IMG/VR virus record: IMGVR_UViG_3300031726_000004
Coordinates: 1-62,293 of that record
Length of the DNA stretch: 62,293 nt
Reading direction: 5' to 3' (one strand)
Source: a virus
Taxonomy: Duplodnaviria; Caudoviricetes
Notes under the pieces: model-generated
Told to the model about the DNA's origin: nothing
Database searches by the model: none
Seen by the model: only the letters and a program-made list of their open reading frames with translations
Program-made: the position numbers and the translations under genes
Part shown: positions 1 to 9,625 of the stretch, piece after piece
How the letters are laid out: the number at the start of each line of letters is the position of its first letter
Position numbering within the stretch: the stretch's first letter is position 1

Positions 1-20
1 TAACGACGACGTGCATTCGC

Positions 21-521
21 TTACTTCCTCTTGGTGATTGCCTCAACGATGCCGCCGCCGACATTCTGCACCACAAGAATGCCGACCACCGTTGCGATCA
101 CCTTCAATTCCGAGCCGGCATATTCGCCCGGAAGGGCCGCTATTTTCCACGACCCGACTTCATGTTCGATGATCCACGGATACGGCACGAAGTAGAAAGT
201 CAAGATACCTGGCACCCAGCGGCAGCTATCTAACATCACTTGGGCATAGTGCCAGATCGGCGTGACAGCAGCGGCGACCATCAGCCAACGCGTCCCCCAC
301 CAACCCCAACGCAACGCCGCAAGCGCCGCGTCCTCATGCATCTTGGCGACGGACGCATTGAGCACGGCGAGATCAACGGCTTGACCCGCTTGGATGTTGG
401 TGGCGTTGATCGATACATTGGCATCGGTGCGCTTGTTGATCACGCCGACGACGGATGTTGCCAGCGAATTGAACGCCGACGACGATATCCACGCGATGAT
501 CTGTGTCAGCAGCCACATCAC
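21..521 (-). CDS. Membrane protein of lysis cassette (holin/antiholin-like)
   Basis: Several hydrophobic segments; second gene downstream of the endolysin. Confidence 0.5.
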   Translation of the reverse strand: MMWLLTQIIAWISSSAFNSLATSVVGVINKRTDANVSINATNIQAGQAVDLAVLNASVAKMHEDAALAALRWGWWGTRWLMVAAAVTPIWHYAQVMLDSCRWVPGILTFYFVPYPWIIEHEVGSWKIAALPGEYAGSELKVIATVVGILVVQNVGGGIVEAITKRK

Positions 522-805
522 GCGGCAATCTTGGTCACTGGAATATCGGCGAACTGCACCACCTTGACGACTTCGCTTGCACCCTCCACGGGCACGATAC
601 GCTCAACCGCCAGCGAATTGCGCCGCCGCAACAGTTCACAGACGATGCCGTTGAAGATGCCCCACACCGCAAACCACTTGACCGACAGCAGCGGCGACAG
701 ATCGGCGATGCTGATGACCGCCCAAGCGATGCCGGCGACGATCTGAAGCCGCGCCCAAAAGATGGTTTCCGAATGTACGAACCAATTCTTGATCGTGTTG
801 AGCAT
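518..805 (-). CDS. Putative holin
   Basis: ~95 aa, two predicted TM helices, charged C-terminus (ELLRRR), directly after endolysin. Confidence 0.55.
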   Translation of the reverse strand: MLNTIKNWFVHSETIFWARLQIVAGIAWAVISIADLSPLLSVKWFAVWGIFNGIVCELLRRRNSLAVERIVPVEGASEVVKVVQFADIPVTKIAA

Positions 806-807
806 GG

Positions 808-1641
808 TCAGCCTTTCCAAAACAGCCGGGCGAGGTTTTGCCAGAACGTCAACTTGACCGGAGCGGGTGTGACTTGCGGCACGGGATCGGGCAACACGAC
901 GGCGGGCGCTGGCGTTGGCTCGACAGGCGACGGCAGCGGCGGCACCGGAGTTGCCTTGATGATCTTCAATTCAAGATGCGCGTAAGCGAGTGCAGCGCTC
1001 AGCCGCTTCAATGCGTCGGTACGGTTGGCCATGCCGTTCGGGATTTTCTGCGTCTGAGCATTGCCGAGATTGATGATGCGAGACACCGACAACAGATCGC
1101 CGACATCCGCATATTTGTTGCAATTGCTCTTGTTCCATTCGGCAAGCGCGGGCTTCAAGGCATGTTCGGCCGACAGCACCAATTCAGGATGGTTTTCGAA
1201 ATCGACACCGCACAACGTGCCCATGGTCCGATAGTTGTAACGGCCCGTGGTCTGCATGATGCCGCCGCCGCGATATATCCAGCCGTCACCGTGCTTGGTG
1301 TTGCCAAGCTCTTTGGCCTTGGACGGATTGCCGAGCCCATAGACCCGCTCCGCGATGGCTTCCGGATGATGCGCCAATTGTTGCGCCTCGGCTTCTGTCA
1401 CGCGTGCGCTGTGATGACCGATGCCGAAAATCTCCAGCAGACGCGGCGCGCTGTAGTTCATGTTTTCCCACGTCACCGAGAGATCGCCGGTCTCCGCGAT
1501 GGTCTGCGCAATGAACATCAACAGCCGCTTGTCGGTGTTGACCTTGTAGCGCTCGAACAGCGCATCACCATTGGCGAAGGCCGCGAGATATTCCGCGCGC
1601 GCGTGCGGGCAGACCTTTTTGACAAGATCGATTGGCCGCAT
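808..1641 (-). CDS. Endolysin, glycoside hydrolase family 19 (chitinase-like lysozyme)
   Basis: FIAQTIAETG, ENMNYSA, LGN...GDGWIYRGGGIMQTTGRYNY motifs; start taken at MRPIDL. Confidence 0.9.
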   Translation of the reverse strand: MRPIDLVKKVCPHARAEYLAAFANGDALFERYKVNTDKRLLMFIAQTIAETGDLSVTWENMNYSAPRLLEIFGIGHHSARVTEAEAQQLAHHPEAIAERVYGLGNPSKAKELGNTKHGDGWIYRGGGIMQTTGRYNYRTMGTLCGVDFENHPELVLSAEHALKPALAEWNKSNCNKYADVGDLLSVSRIINLGNAQTQKIPNGMANRTDALKRLSAALAYAHLELKIIKATPVPPLPSPVEPTPAPAVVLPDPVPQVTPAPVKLTFWQNLARLFWKG

Positions 1642-1664
1642 TGAAATCCCTTTCCGGGAAAGTG

Positions 1665-2789
1665 TCAGGTGAGATGTTCGGCCGGCATCGTCGTGCCGCC
1701 GCCGCTGGCACCCTTGCCGCCCGTGCCCTTGCCGCTTCCGCGTGTATCGCTTCCGGCTTCGCCTTGCGGGCATTTGAGCGACAACGTCGTGCGATAGCCC
1801 GAGCCGCGCGCCAGTTCGTGCGTGGCCTTGTCAATCACATAGGTGCCATCGACACCGGGCCGCACGCCGATCACGATGCAATTGCCTTCGGCGCGCGCCA
1901 TCGGGTTGCCGTCGATGATGACCGTGCCCGCGCCCTTGTCGCGCGAACTTTCCTTGCCGGCCGATGTGCCATGACTTTTGGCCTCGGTGGCATCGGCCTT
2001 CGAATGCCGCACGTGCGCTGATACATCTTCGGACTTGGTGCCGCCGAGACTTTCAACCTCGACTTTTTCCTCCATCCACTTTGCTTTTTTGATGTCATAC
2101 CAGCGCGCGCGAACATCGGCATAGGAAGGCCGCGCCATGATTGGCGAAATGCTTGAGGTGATCAGATTGACGCCGACTTGCGCCATCACGTTGCCGATCA
2201 CGCCACCGCCCGCCGTCTGTCCCGAGTTGCGATCAAGGAAGATGCCGCGCGTGCCGCCGACCATCTTGAAGGTGCAACCGGTCTCACGCGCCATGCGTTC
2301 GGCGAAGTGCAGAAAGCTTTCGTGATCCTGCGCAATGTACTTCCGGACATCATTGACCGGGCCGCCGCCCATGAACGACATCGACACGCCGGCCTTTTGC
2401 GCGGCATCGCTGACCGCGTCTTTCACCGACTTGTCGTCGTGGTGAACGGTCTGCTCCTGCTTTTGTTTGCCGTGGGTGTCGGCCGATTTGGCTTCCACCG
2501 TGATGCGACGACCCGCGCCGCGATCGAAGATGTGTTTGACGTCATCGACCACACCGGAGAACACCTGCACGACGCCGCCATCAGAACCGCCCAACGCGAT
2601 CTCGACTTGCGCTTTTTCCTGCGGCATCGATATCGAGCCGTTGGTGTCGTCCAGTTCGATCGTGGCGCTATCGGCATTGCGCCCGGCGCTGTCATTGACC
2701 GTCAACTTGATCAGGCGCGAAGCGAACCGCGTCGATACGTCGGTGCCTGCGACGAAAACGAAAAACTGTGTGGCCTCGACAATGGCCAT
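1665..2789 (-). CDS. P2 gpD-like late control / baseplate hub protein
   Basis: RLIKLTVND..ADSATIELDD and QDHESFLHFAERMARE motifs; U-X-D synteny. Confidence 0.88.
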   Translation of the reverse strand: MAIVEATQFFVFVAGTDVSTRFASRLIKLTVNDSAGRNADSATIELDDTNGSISMPQEKAQVEIALGGSDGGVVQVFSGVVDDVKHIFDRGAGRRITVEAKSADTHGKQKQEQTVHHDDKSVKDAVSDAAQKAGVSMSFMGGGPVNDVRKYIAQDHESFLHFAERMARETGCTFKMVGGTRGIFLDRNSGQTAGGGVIGNVMAQVGVNLITSSISPIMARPSYADVRARWYDIKKAKWMEEKVEVESLGGTKSEDVSAHVRHSKADATEAKSHGTSAGKESSRDKGAGTVIIDGNPMARAEGNCIVIGVRPGVDGTYVIDKATHELARGSGYRTTLSLKCPQGEAGSDTRGSGKGTGGKGASGGGTTMPAEHLT

Positions 2790-2792
2790 GGA

Positions 2793-3023
2793 TCAATCCC
2801 ACAGTTTGATAACAAGAATGGCCGCCGTGGTTTCTTCCTCAAGCGGTGTCGGCAGAATGAATTTCGTACCGACAGGCAGCACCCCGCCGCACCCGGCTAA
2901 GCCGGGATTGACATCAAGCACGCGTTCAAGATAGCCCGGCAGATACTTGCGAAATCGGCGCATGATGAACCGATCCAGCGTGATGCCGTCACCTCGGATC
3001 GTCATCACCTCACCCGAGATCAT
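2793..3023 (-). CDS. P2 gpX-like tail protein (LysM-like)
   Basis: GDGITLD...VLDVNPGLA..LPVGTKFILP...KLWD. Confidence 0.88.
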   Translation of the reverse strand: MISGEVMTIRGDGITLDRFIMRRFRKYLPGYLERVLDVNPGLAGCGGVLPVGTKFILPTPLEEETTAAILVIKLWD

Positions 3024-3442
3024 GGCGACAGTCCGAACAGCGAAGCGAAGGCTGCGACCGCACCGGGACTGTCGGCGCGTTCGATCAAAATCGTCACGTC
3101 GATTTGCTGTCCAACACCATCAGTCGAAAGGTGCTGATGCACTTCACCAACCTTGGTGATGACAAACCACCCCATCACATAGCCATCGCCGCGCATGACA
3201 TATTGCGCGGTCCCGGTTTCGCGCAAGGTGTGCAGCAATTGCAACGCGCCCGACCCGCCGGACTTGAACGGAAACAGCTTGCCGATAATCGTCAGCTTGT
3301 CATCTCCTTCGCCGACATGTTCGTAAATCTTGCGGCGGCCGATAACTTCCTTCCTCGCATAGTCGGTGTCACGTTCGCGCGTGATCTGGTGCGCGTTCAT
3401 CGGCGCAATATCGAATTGCAATGGTCCGATCTGCAACAGCAT
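3020..3442 (-). CDS. P2 gpU-like tail protein
   Basis: MLLQIGPLQF..., GDGYVMGWFVI; follows tape measure. Confidence 0.85.
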   Translation of the reverse strand: MLLQIGPLQFDIAPMNAHQITRERDTDYARKEVIGRRKIYEHVGEGDDKLTIIGKLFPFKSGGSGALQLLHTLRETGTAQYVMRGDGYVMGWFVITKVGEVHQHLSTDGVGQQIDVTILIERADSPGAVAAFASLFGLSP

Positions 3443-5178
3443 CAGCCGCCCGTTCTGCTCGGTGAGTTGGCACCATCGCTCTTGATCGCGTTCATGTTCG
3501 GCGTGCCGACCACCGGATTGATGTTGACACTGATGTTGGAGAATTGCGCCTTGATCCGATCGATGATCGGCGCGACCTTGCCCGGCAGCGCGTTTAGCTC
3601 AGCAGTGAAATTGGTGATGAAGTCATTGCCGGCGCTGGCCCCGGCAGGCCCGGCGCTCGGAGCCGGCGCAACGGTTGGCGTCACCGCAATCGGCGCTGCG
3701 GGTGTCGGTGGCCCCATCAATTCCGGCTTCATGTAGGGGAAGCCCTTGGCGTGCATCCAATCAAGCGCCGGCCCCTGAAACATCGACGGCGCGGTCTGCA
3801 CCATGCCAGCTTCTTTCTTGCGTTGATCAAGAATGTCCTGCCAACGCTGGCGTACTTCATCCGATCGCGTCGTGTCGGCGGCTGCGGACGTCGCCTGATC
3901 AATCGGTGACATCTTGCTTTCGCTCTTGGATTTGTCGAGCCCCGGCGTGAAGCCGGCCCAATCCTGATAGGCCTTCACCGTGCCCTGATATTGGGTGATG
4001 GCCCATCGAATGTTTTGGATGGTGGTTTCGATTGCTTGGATCGCGACGAGAACATCTTCCGGCACTTTCATATCGACCAATGCCGAGCCTGCGGCTCTGC
4101 GCAGACCTTCCAACGCAATCGTTAGCGCGTTCAACTTTGCTTCGGTGTCGCCCATGTAGCGATCGAAACCGGTGTTGATTGAGCCAGCATCGGCGCTTGC
4201 AATGCTGGCGAACAAGGCTTGTCGATCGGCTTCCTTGGTCTTGCTCAACGCGGTTAGCACCGCCACAAGGTTTTCATTGCGCACGCCCATCGACTTCAGC
4301 AAACCGAAATCGCCTCCGGTCAGATTGCGCGACAGATTATAGAACACCTCCAGCGTATCCTTGCCGGCTGCCTTGGCCTTCTGCATTTCATCGACGATAT
4401 CAATGTCACCTTTCTTGAACGCACCGACAACGGCCTTGGATTGCATCTGCACCATGGCATCGCCCAACGCCTTGACAGCGTCGGCACCTTCATCCATCTG
4501 CGGCGCGATCACGGCGGCCATCGATAGATATTTCTGCAAGCCTGTGATGCCGCTGTAACCGGAACGCCCGGCATCAGCCATCGAACCCGAAAGGTTTTCG
4601 GCGAAGTCACCGACCGCGATGTTCGATGCTTTCGCAGCCTTCGCCATCGACGCCCACGCCAACGGCATCTGATCACGCGTGAGACCCATTTGTGCGGCCA
4701 ACGCATCGTTGACCTTGGCGACACGTTCCGGCAACACGTCAAACACAGTGCCGACCTTGCCGACGTCGTTCAACATCCCGAGCGCTTCACCCATGCTGCG
4801 ACCGTTCTTCACCAGCACGGACATTGCTGTTTCCATCTTGTCCGTGGTCTGCCCGGTCGCTACCGCCGCGCTTTCGATGGTGTCGTGAGCCATCTGCATT
4901 TGCTCACGCGTCCAACCCGTGGCGACTCCGAGCCGCGACATGGCGCGCTCGCTTTCCGCGAACGCCTTCACGTCGCGCACCGCCTCTTGAATGGTGACGT
5001 AGCTCAAGGCCATCGCCCCGAGTTGCTTCATGCCCGTTGCAAATCCCGACGACGACAATTGGCCACCGGCCCCGCGCGCGGCACTGCCGATGCGGTTGAG
5101 CCCGCCCGCGACGCTGCCGGCAGGACCGGTGACGCCATCCACCAGCCGCATCCACAGCGTGCTTTCGCGGGTGGCCAT
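3442..5178 (-). CDS. Tail tape measure protein
   Basis: Ala/Gly-rich helical protein, LVDGVTGPA N-terminus, position after chaperone. Confidence 0.85.
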   Translation of the reverse strand: MATRESTLWMRLVDGVTGPAGSVAGGLNRIGSAARGAGGQLSSSGFATGMKQLGAMALSYVTIQEAVRDVKAFAESERAMSRLGVATGWTREQMQMAHDTIESAAVATGQTTDKMETAMSVLVKNGRSMGEALGMLNDVGKVGTVFDVLPERVAKVNDALAAQMGLTRDQMPLAWASMAKAAKASNIAVGDFAENLSGSMADAGRSGYSGITGLQKYLSMAAVIAPQMDEGADAVKALGDAMVQMQSKAVVGAFKKGDIDIVDEMQKAKAAGKDTLEVFYNLSRNLTGGDFGLLKSMGVRNENLVAVLTALSKTKEADRQALFASIASADAGSINTGFDRYMGDTEAKLNALTIALEGLRRAAGSALVDMKVPEDVLVAIQAIETTIQNIRWAITQYQGTVKAYQDWAGFTPGLDKSKSESKMSPIDQATSAAADTTRSDEVRQRWQDILDQRKKEAGMVQTAPSMFQGPALDWMHAKGFPYMKPELMGPPTPAAPIAVTPTVAPAPSAGPAGASAGNDFITNFTAELNALPGKVAPIIDRIKAQFSNISVNINPVVGTPNMNAIKSDGANSPSRTGG

Positions 5179-5196
5179 GTCAGGTTTTCCTATTGA

Positions 5197-5718
5197 TCAG
5201 GATTTCTCGATTGCTTCGCGGATGAAGTCAGGTATCAGCGCGGTGACCATCGACAGCAACGCCTCGACATCGGGCCACTTCAACGCACCGAGCGACACCG
5301 GATCGATGCCGGACATGCGTGACAGCAATTCCACGTTGGTCTTGATCCGCCCAGCCAAGAAATCCTGCACATCCCACAGCGACAATTGCCCGATGGTGAC
5401 TTCGCGCAAGGTAAGGTTGCCGACAATGACCGGATACAACAAGAAATAGACGCGTTGCCCTTCCGAGCCGAGATATTCGACATCCGGGCGCGGCGGGGGC
5501 GGTTCGGACGGTGCCTCGGCTTCGTCAGGCGCACCCATATGCGTTAAAATTTCCGGGACGGGTTCGGGGACCGGGCGCGGATAAGGCCTGTCAGCGGGCC
5601 GCGCTGGCGTTTCCGCCTCTTGGGCCGGGGCAAAGTCCCCCATCGGATCGGGATCGCCCCTTGCCGGGGCAAACCCGGCCGGGGCGATCTCCGACGGATA
5701 CACCCGCTGATCGTTCAT
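5197..5718 (-). CDS. Tail assembly chaperone (gpE-like) with Pro-rich N-terminal extension
   Basis: LLYPVIVGNLTLREVTI and LKWPDVEAL; between tube and tape measure. Confidence 0.65.
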   Translation of the reverse strand: MNDQRVYPSEIAPAGFAPARGDPDPMGDFAPAQEAETPARPADRPYPRPVPEPVPEILTHMGAPDEAEAPSEPPPPRPDVEYLGSEGQRVYFLLYPVIVGNLTLREVTIGQLSLWDVQDFLAGRIKTNVELLSRMSGIDPVSLGALKWPDVEALLSMVTALIPDFIREAIEKS

Positions 5719-6248
5719 CAGACAAGGCCAAGCATCGCCATATATTCGCGATCCTCAACCCCGAACATGCGGGGACGCGGCTGGGTCCAGAAATCCCACG
5801 TCCACCACTCCGCGCCGCCGATCCACAACTCATAATGCGACACTTCAATCAGCGTGTAGTCGTGGCCGAACTCTTTGCCGCGTTCGAACGCTTCCGGCGC
5901 GACCTTGCCGATTGAGCCGCGAAAAATCGCCTTGCCTTGGAGCGCCTTGCCTTCGCGCTTGTCGCGCACCACGCCGTAGGCGGTGACGTTGTTGACCTGT
6001 CCCGATCCAATGCCGAACATGGCGAACGCTTCAGGATCGAAACCGGCAATCTTGAATGTCGGTTCGATTTTCTTGATTGCGTTCATCGAAAACGAAATCT
6101 CGCCGGCACCGCCGCCTGGATTGTGATCGACGGTTTGATATTCAAGCGTCGGCAATGTCAGCGACGTCAAAGACAGATGCTTTGATTTGGTTGGGTCCGC
6201 GTCGCCGAGAAACAGCGACACGGCTTCAAGTAGCAGAATATTCGACAT
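5718..6248 (-). CDS. Tail tube protein (P2 FII-like)
   Basis: LTLPTLEYQTVDHNPGG motif; follows sheath. Confidence 0.85.
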   Translation of the reverse strand: MSNILLLEAVSLFLGDADPTKSKHLSLTSLTLPTLEYQTVDHNPGGGAGEISFSMNAIKKIEPTFKIAGFDPEAFAMFGIGSGQVNNVTAYGVVRDKREGKALQGKAIFRGSIGKVAPEAFERGKEFGHDYTLIEVSHYELWIGGAEWWTWDFWTQPRPRMFGVEDREYMAMLGLV

Positions 6249-6279
6249 GGCGGTTTCCCTTTGGCGAGCGGGTGAGTGA

Positions 6280-7845
6280 TCAGGCTGCGGCGGCCGTGGT
6301 CTGCACGGTCTCAGTCAGCACCGTGGAAGCCGCAAGCGCCGCGATGGTGGCATCGAGCGCGGGGCGATGTGGCCGTGACATGATCGTCGCCAGCCGGAAG
6401 ACCGGGGCTTCCTCAAACCGCGCATCGATATAGATTTTGCCGGTGCGCAGATCGTCGGGGTTGTTCAAGTCGGGATCGAAGCGGCAGAGATAGCCAAGGA
6501 TATCGCCCTTCGATTGCGAAATGTTGAGGATGTTGCCGACGACGTTGACCACGGTCTGAATGGTGTGCGTGGTCAAGTTGAACTTGCCGAGATAGAAACG
6601 CAGCGTGCGCAAGCACGTCAGTTCGATGAAGTCGCGACCGCGCACCTTGTGATATTGCTGCCAAACGGCTTCCTCGCCGACATTGTCGATACCGAGAAAC
6701 ACGAAGCCGCCATCGGAGATCGCAAAATCATCGCCGCTTTCACCACGCACGATCGGGCCAATCTGATGCGTCATCAAGTCTTGGCCTTCGGTCGCGCCAT
6801 CAGTCAATGAAAACTCGACATCGCGACCCGGCCCGACAATCCCATAGATCGGCTGATTGGCCCATGAGTGGAACGGGCGGCCTTCATATTCGAAGTCACG
6901 CCGCACGCCGATGCCGATAACGCGCGGGCTTGCCGGCTTGCGCACGACGACGCCATTCTCCAGCACCTTGACATCGGGACTGACCAGAATAAGCCGATTG
7001 GAGCTAAGCGTTTCGCGGTAGTTGATCGCGGCAAGCTCGGTTGTTGCCGGCGCATCGACAACGGCGACACCAAGATAAGATGCCAAGATCGCCGGCAACG
7101 TCGATGCAATCGGGTTGGCCAGTTCATCAAGCTTGCATGTCGCAGTCGCGCCCGCCCCCGTGGTGTCACCTTCGCCGCGCACAATGGTGAGGATCGGCGG
7201 GGCGGTGTAGTTGCCCGGTGACACCACATTGATGGATACGACCTTGCCGCTATCCGAACCGGTCCCTAGCACACACTCACCGACAAAGCCGGTGCCGTTG
7301 ACTGTGTCGGCGGTGACCGTTGGCACCTTGGTGTAAGCGATGGTGCCGCCACCGCCGCCGATCGTGATTTCGCTCACACCATTCGGCGTTTGCGAGGTGT
7401 AGCCGGGCACGCAAACCAATCGCGGATAAGCGCCGCACACCGCACCCGCGCGCTTGAATGCCCAGATGCCTGAGCCCGCCGCCGAATTGCCGATGATGTT
7501 GGACATCGTATTCCACAAGGCTTTGGTGACATCAGGATCGGTGTCCTCTTCAACGCGCACGAAGATCACACGCGCCGATCGTTGCATGCGGCCAAGCTGT
7601 TCGTTGATCGCGTCCAGCGCATCGCCGATGTAGCAAGCCGGATCGATCAAGCGCGCCGTCGCATCCGTTGACGTGAACATGATCGGCGTATTGAGCGGGA
7701 ACGCCGCGTCAAAATCGGTGTCGAGTACATCCGGCGCTTTCACAGCCGGGCCGCACAGACCAACCACCGACATCATCGCATTCGACGGCGGGGCGGGTTC
7801 GTTGGCTTCACGGATGAACGTAAAGCCGAAATAGGGTGAAGACAT
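6280..7845 (-). CDS. Contractile tail sheath protein
   Basis: SVVGLCG, PLNTP, PRLVCVPGYT, SWANQPIYGI, NNPDDLRTGKIYID motifs. Confidence 0.92.
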   Translation of the reverse strand: MSSPYFGFTFIREANEPAPPSNAMMSVVGLCGPAVKAPDVLDTDFDAAFPLNTPIMFTSTDATARLIDPACYIGDALDAINEQLGRMQRSARVIFVRVEEDTDPDVTKALWNTMSNIIGNSAAGSGIWAFKRAGAVCGAYPRLVCVPGYTSQTPNGVSEITIGGGGGTIAYTKVPTVTADTVNGTGFVGECVLGTGSDSGKVVSINVVSPGNYTAPPILTIVRGEGDTTGAGATATCKLDELANPIASTLPAILASYLGVAVVDAPATTELAAINYRETLSSNRLILVSPDVKVLENGVVVRKPASPRVIGIGVRRDFEYEGRPFHSWANQPIYGIVGPGRDVEFSLTDGATEGQDLMTHQIGPIVRGESGDDFAISDGGFVFLGIDNVGEEAVWQQYHKVRGRDFIELTCLRTLRFYLGKFNLTTHTIQTVVNVVGNILNISQSKGDILGYLCRFDPDLNNPDDLRTGKIYIDARFEEAPVFRLATIMSRPHRPALDATIAALAASTVLTETVQTTAAAA

Positions 7846-7879
7846 TGTCAGACCTCCGTCGAATTGCAGTTGCGGAATG

Positions 7880-8074
7880 TTACCAAGCGAAGCGCGGCAA
7901 CCAGTGTGACCCCACGATGGCCAGCGAGATCAGCGTTCCCGTAAAAAACGTGACCTTGATCGGTGTGGCACTTTGTGTGCCTGTCGTGTCGCGCATGCCG
8001 GTTGCTACCAGCACCAAGCCCGTGGCTAAAATCGTGATCACGAAAACAACCGCGCCAACGACGAAGGCCATCAC
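7880..8074 (-). CDS. Small membrane protein
   Basis: 64 aa, two hydrophobic segments, overlapping start/stop with neighbour. Confidence 0.5.
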   Translation of the reverse strand: MMAFVVGAVVFVITILATGLVLVATGMRDTTGTQSATPIKVTFFTGTLISLAIVGSHWLPRFAW

Positions 8075-8388
8075 GCCGTCGTCGTCGTCTTTGTTGCTAC
8101 GGCTGGCGTCACCGGCACCTTGGGTGGATCATAGACCAGCACGTCAAGCGGATCGACGACCTTTGCGTACATCAGGCCGGCATTGACGTCAGCATCATCC
8201 GTCGCGATTGGCGCGTTGGTGAAGTCGGCAGCGACGACCTTACCGGCTGGGATGCTGTCCCAATACCAGAACGGTTGACCAACGCCCGGCGTGGTCTTCA
8301 CCAATACCGGAACGATGCTTGGCACGGTTGTCAGTCCGCGCACGATGGTCTCGCCCTTCAACTCGATTTCACAAACCAGTTTAGCCAT
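8071..8388 (-). CDS. Hypothetical tail-region protein
   Basis: Co-oriented, RBS upstream. Confidence 0.55.
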   Translation of the reverse strand: MAKLVCEIELKGETIVRGLTTVPSIVPVLVKTTPGVGQPFWYWDSIPAGKVVAADFTNAPIATDDADVNAGLMYAKVVDPLDVLVYDPPKVPVTPAVATKTTTTA

Positions 8389-8400
8389 TTGTCACGTCCC

Positions 8401-8970
8401 TCATGTTGGTAACCTGAAAACCTGCACCGAAAAATCAATCGGATCGAAAGCAGTCGCTTCGCCGTCAACACTCTTCATTTCGATCACGAAGTAATCCGTC
8501 GTCTTTTCGGTCACCTGACCCAACCCGGACGATACGACGAAGTAATTGAGATCAGGCTGCGGCAGCGAAAAAAACAGCATGTAGGAACCGACATCCGCAT
8601 AGACCGCCGCCGCAATGTTGAACAATCCGCCTGTGACGCCGACATCGCCATCGACAATCGGAATGTTGTAAACCGCCGCGACACGAGCAGGCGGCTGCAC
8701 CAGCGTTGCAACCGTGCGCACCTCATAGGTCTCCGTCACGAAGTCACGCACGCGCGTATAGATCGGCTCGCCGTAGGCTTCCTTGCCGGGCGGCACCACG
8801 AACGGCTCGACTTGAAACAGACCAACCGCGATTTGTTGTGCGATTGTCCACGACAGCCAGACTTGCGGCGGCACCTGCACATCAGGCAAGCCATTAGTCT
8901 TCACAATAATGGCGTCACTCGAATTAACGACGCGAAAGTCATAGGCTGCTAGTTGACGAACAAATTTCAT
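8401..8970 (-). CDS. Tail fibre-associated protein
   Basis: Follows Gly-rich fibre gene; start taken at MKFVRQ. Confidence 0.5.
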   Translation of the reverse strand: MKFVRQLAAYDFRVVNSSDAIIVKTNGLPDVQVPPQVWLSWTIAQQIAVGLFQVEPFVVPPGKEAYGEPIYTRVRDFVTETYEVRTVATLVQPPARVAAVYNIPIVDGDVGVTGGLFNIAAAVYADVGSYMLFFSLPQPDLNYFVVSSGLGQVTEKTTDYFVIEMKSVDGEATAFDPIDFSVQVFRLPT

Positions 8971-8974
8971 TCCA

Positions 8975-9625
8975 TCAACTCCAAGAGACATAGACGGCAC
9001 CAGCCGCACCGTAAGCCGGCCCGGACGCACCTGATATTTGTTCACTGACACCGGGCGAACCACCCGGACCAACAACGATAGTGATGACAGACAACGGCAC
9101 TAACTGGCCTTCGATCCAAGTCTTATAGGCGCGACCACCCGGACCACCGCTACCACCTTGGGCAGAACCACCAGCAGGCCCACCACCAAACCCCGGAGCA
9201 TAGCCGCCAACACCACCAGCAGCGCCGCCGCCTGTAATATTCCCATCGCCATTCAAGCCGGTGCCAGACGCCCCGACAGCACCGTTGTAACCGTTAGGAC
9301 CACCGCTGCCGCCATATCCGACAACGTTGCCCGTCGGCGCATTGAAGTAGCTATAGCCGCCCGCGCCGCCCGGCGTTGCAGACCCGGCATGCACTTCGAC
9401 GCCGCCGCCGCCGCCGCCAGCGCCTCGCGCATCGGCCGTCAGCGAATTATGATTTGGTACCGTGAAATTGAATGATCCCACCGTTGCGAAAGTTTGCGAG
9501 CCGGGGATCACTAGCGGACGCAACGCCTTTGGGAACGGCGCAATACCGGGTATCCATAAATGCGGACGCGCGATCACGCGAGGTTGCGGCACATGCTGTT
9601 GTTGCTTGCGCCTGACCGCGATCAT
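8975..9625 (-). CDS. Glycine-rich tail fibre / receptor-binding domain protein
   Basis: GSFNFTVP...GAGGGGGG...ITIVVGPGG pattern; ATGA overlap with upstream gene. Confidence 0.7.
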   Translation of the reverse strand: MIAVRRKQQQHVPQPRVIARPHLWIPGIAPFPKALRPLVIPGSQTFATVGSFNFTVPNHNSLTADARGAGGGGGGVEVHAGSATPGGAGGYSYFNAPTGNVVGYGGSGGPNGYNGAVGASGTGLNGDGNITGGGAAGGVGGYAPGFGGGPAGGSAQGGSGGPGGRAYKTWIEGQLVPLSVITIVVGPGGSPGVSEQISGASGPAYGAAGAVYVSWS

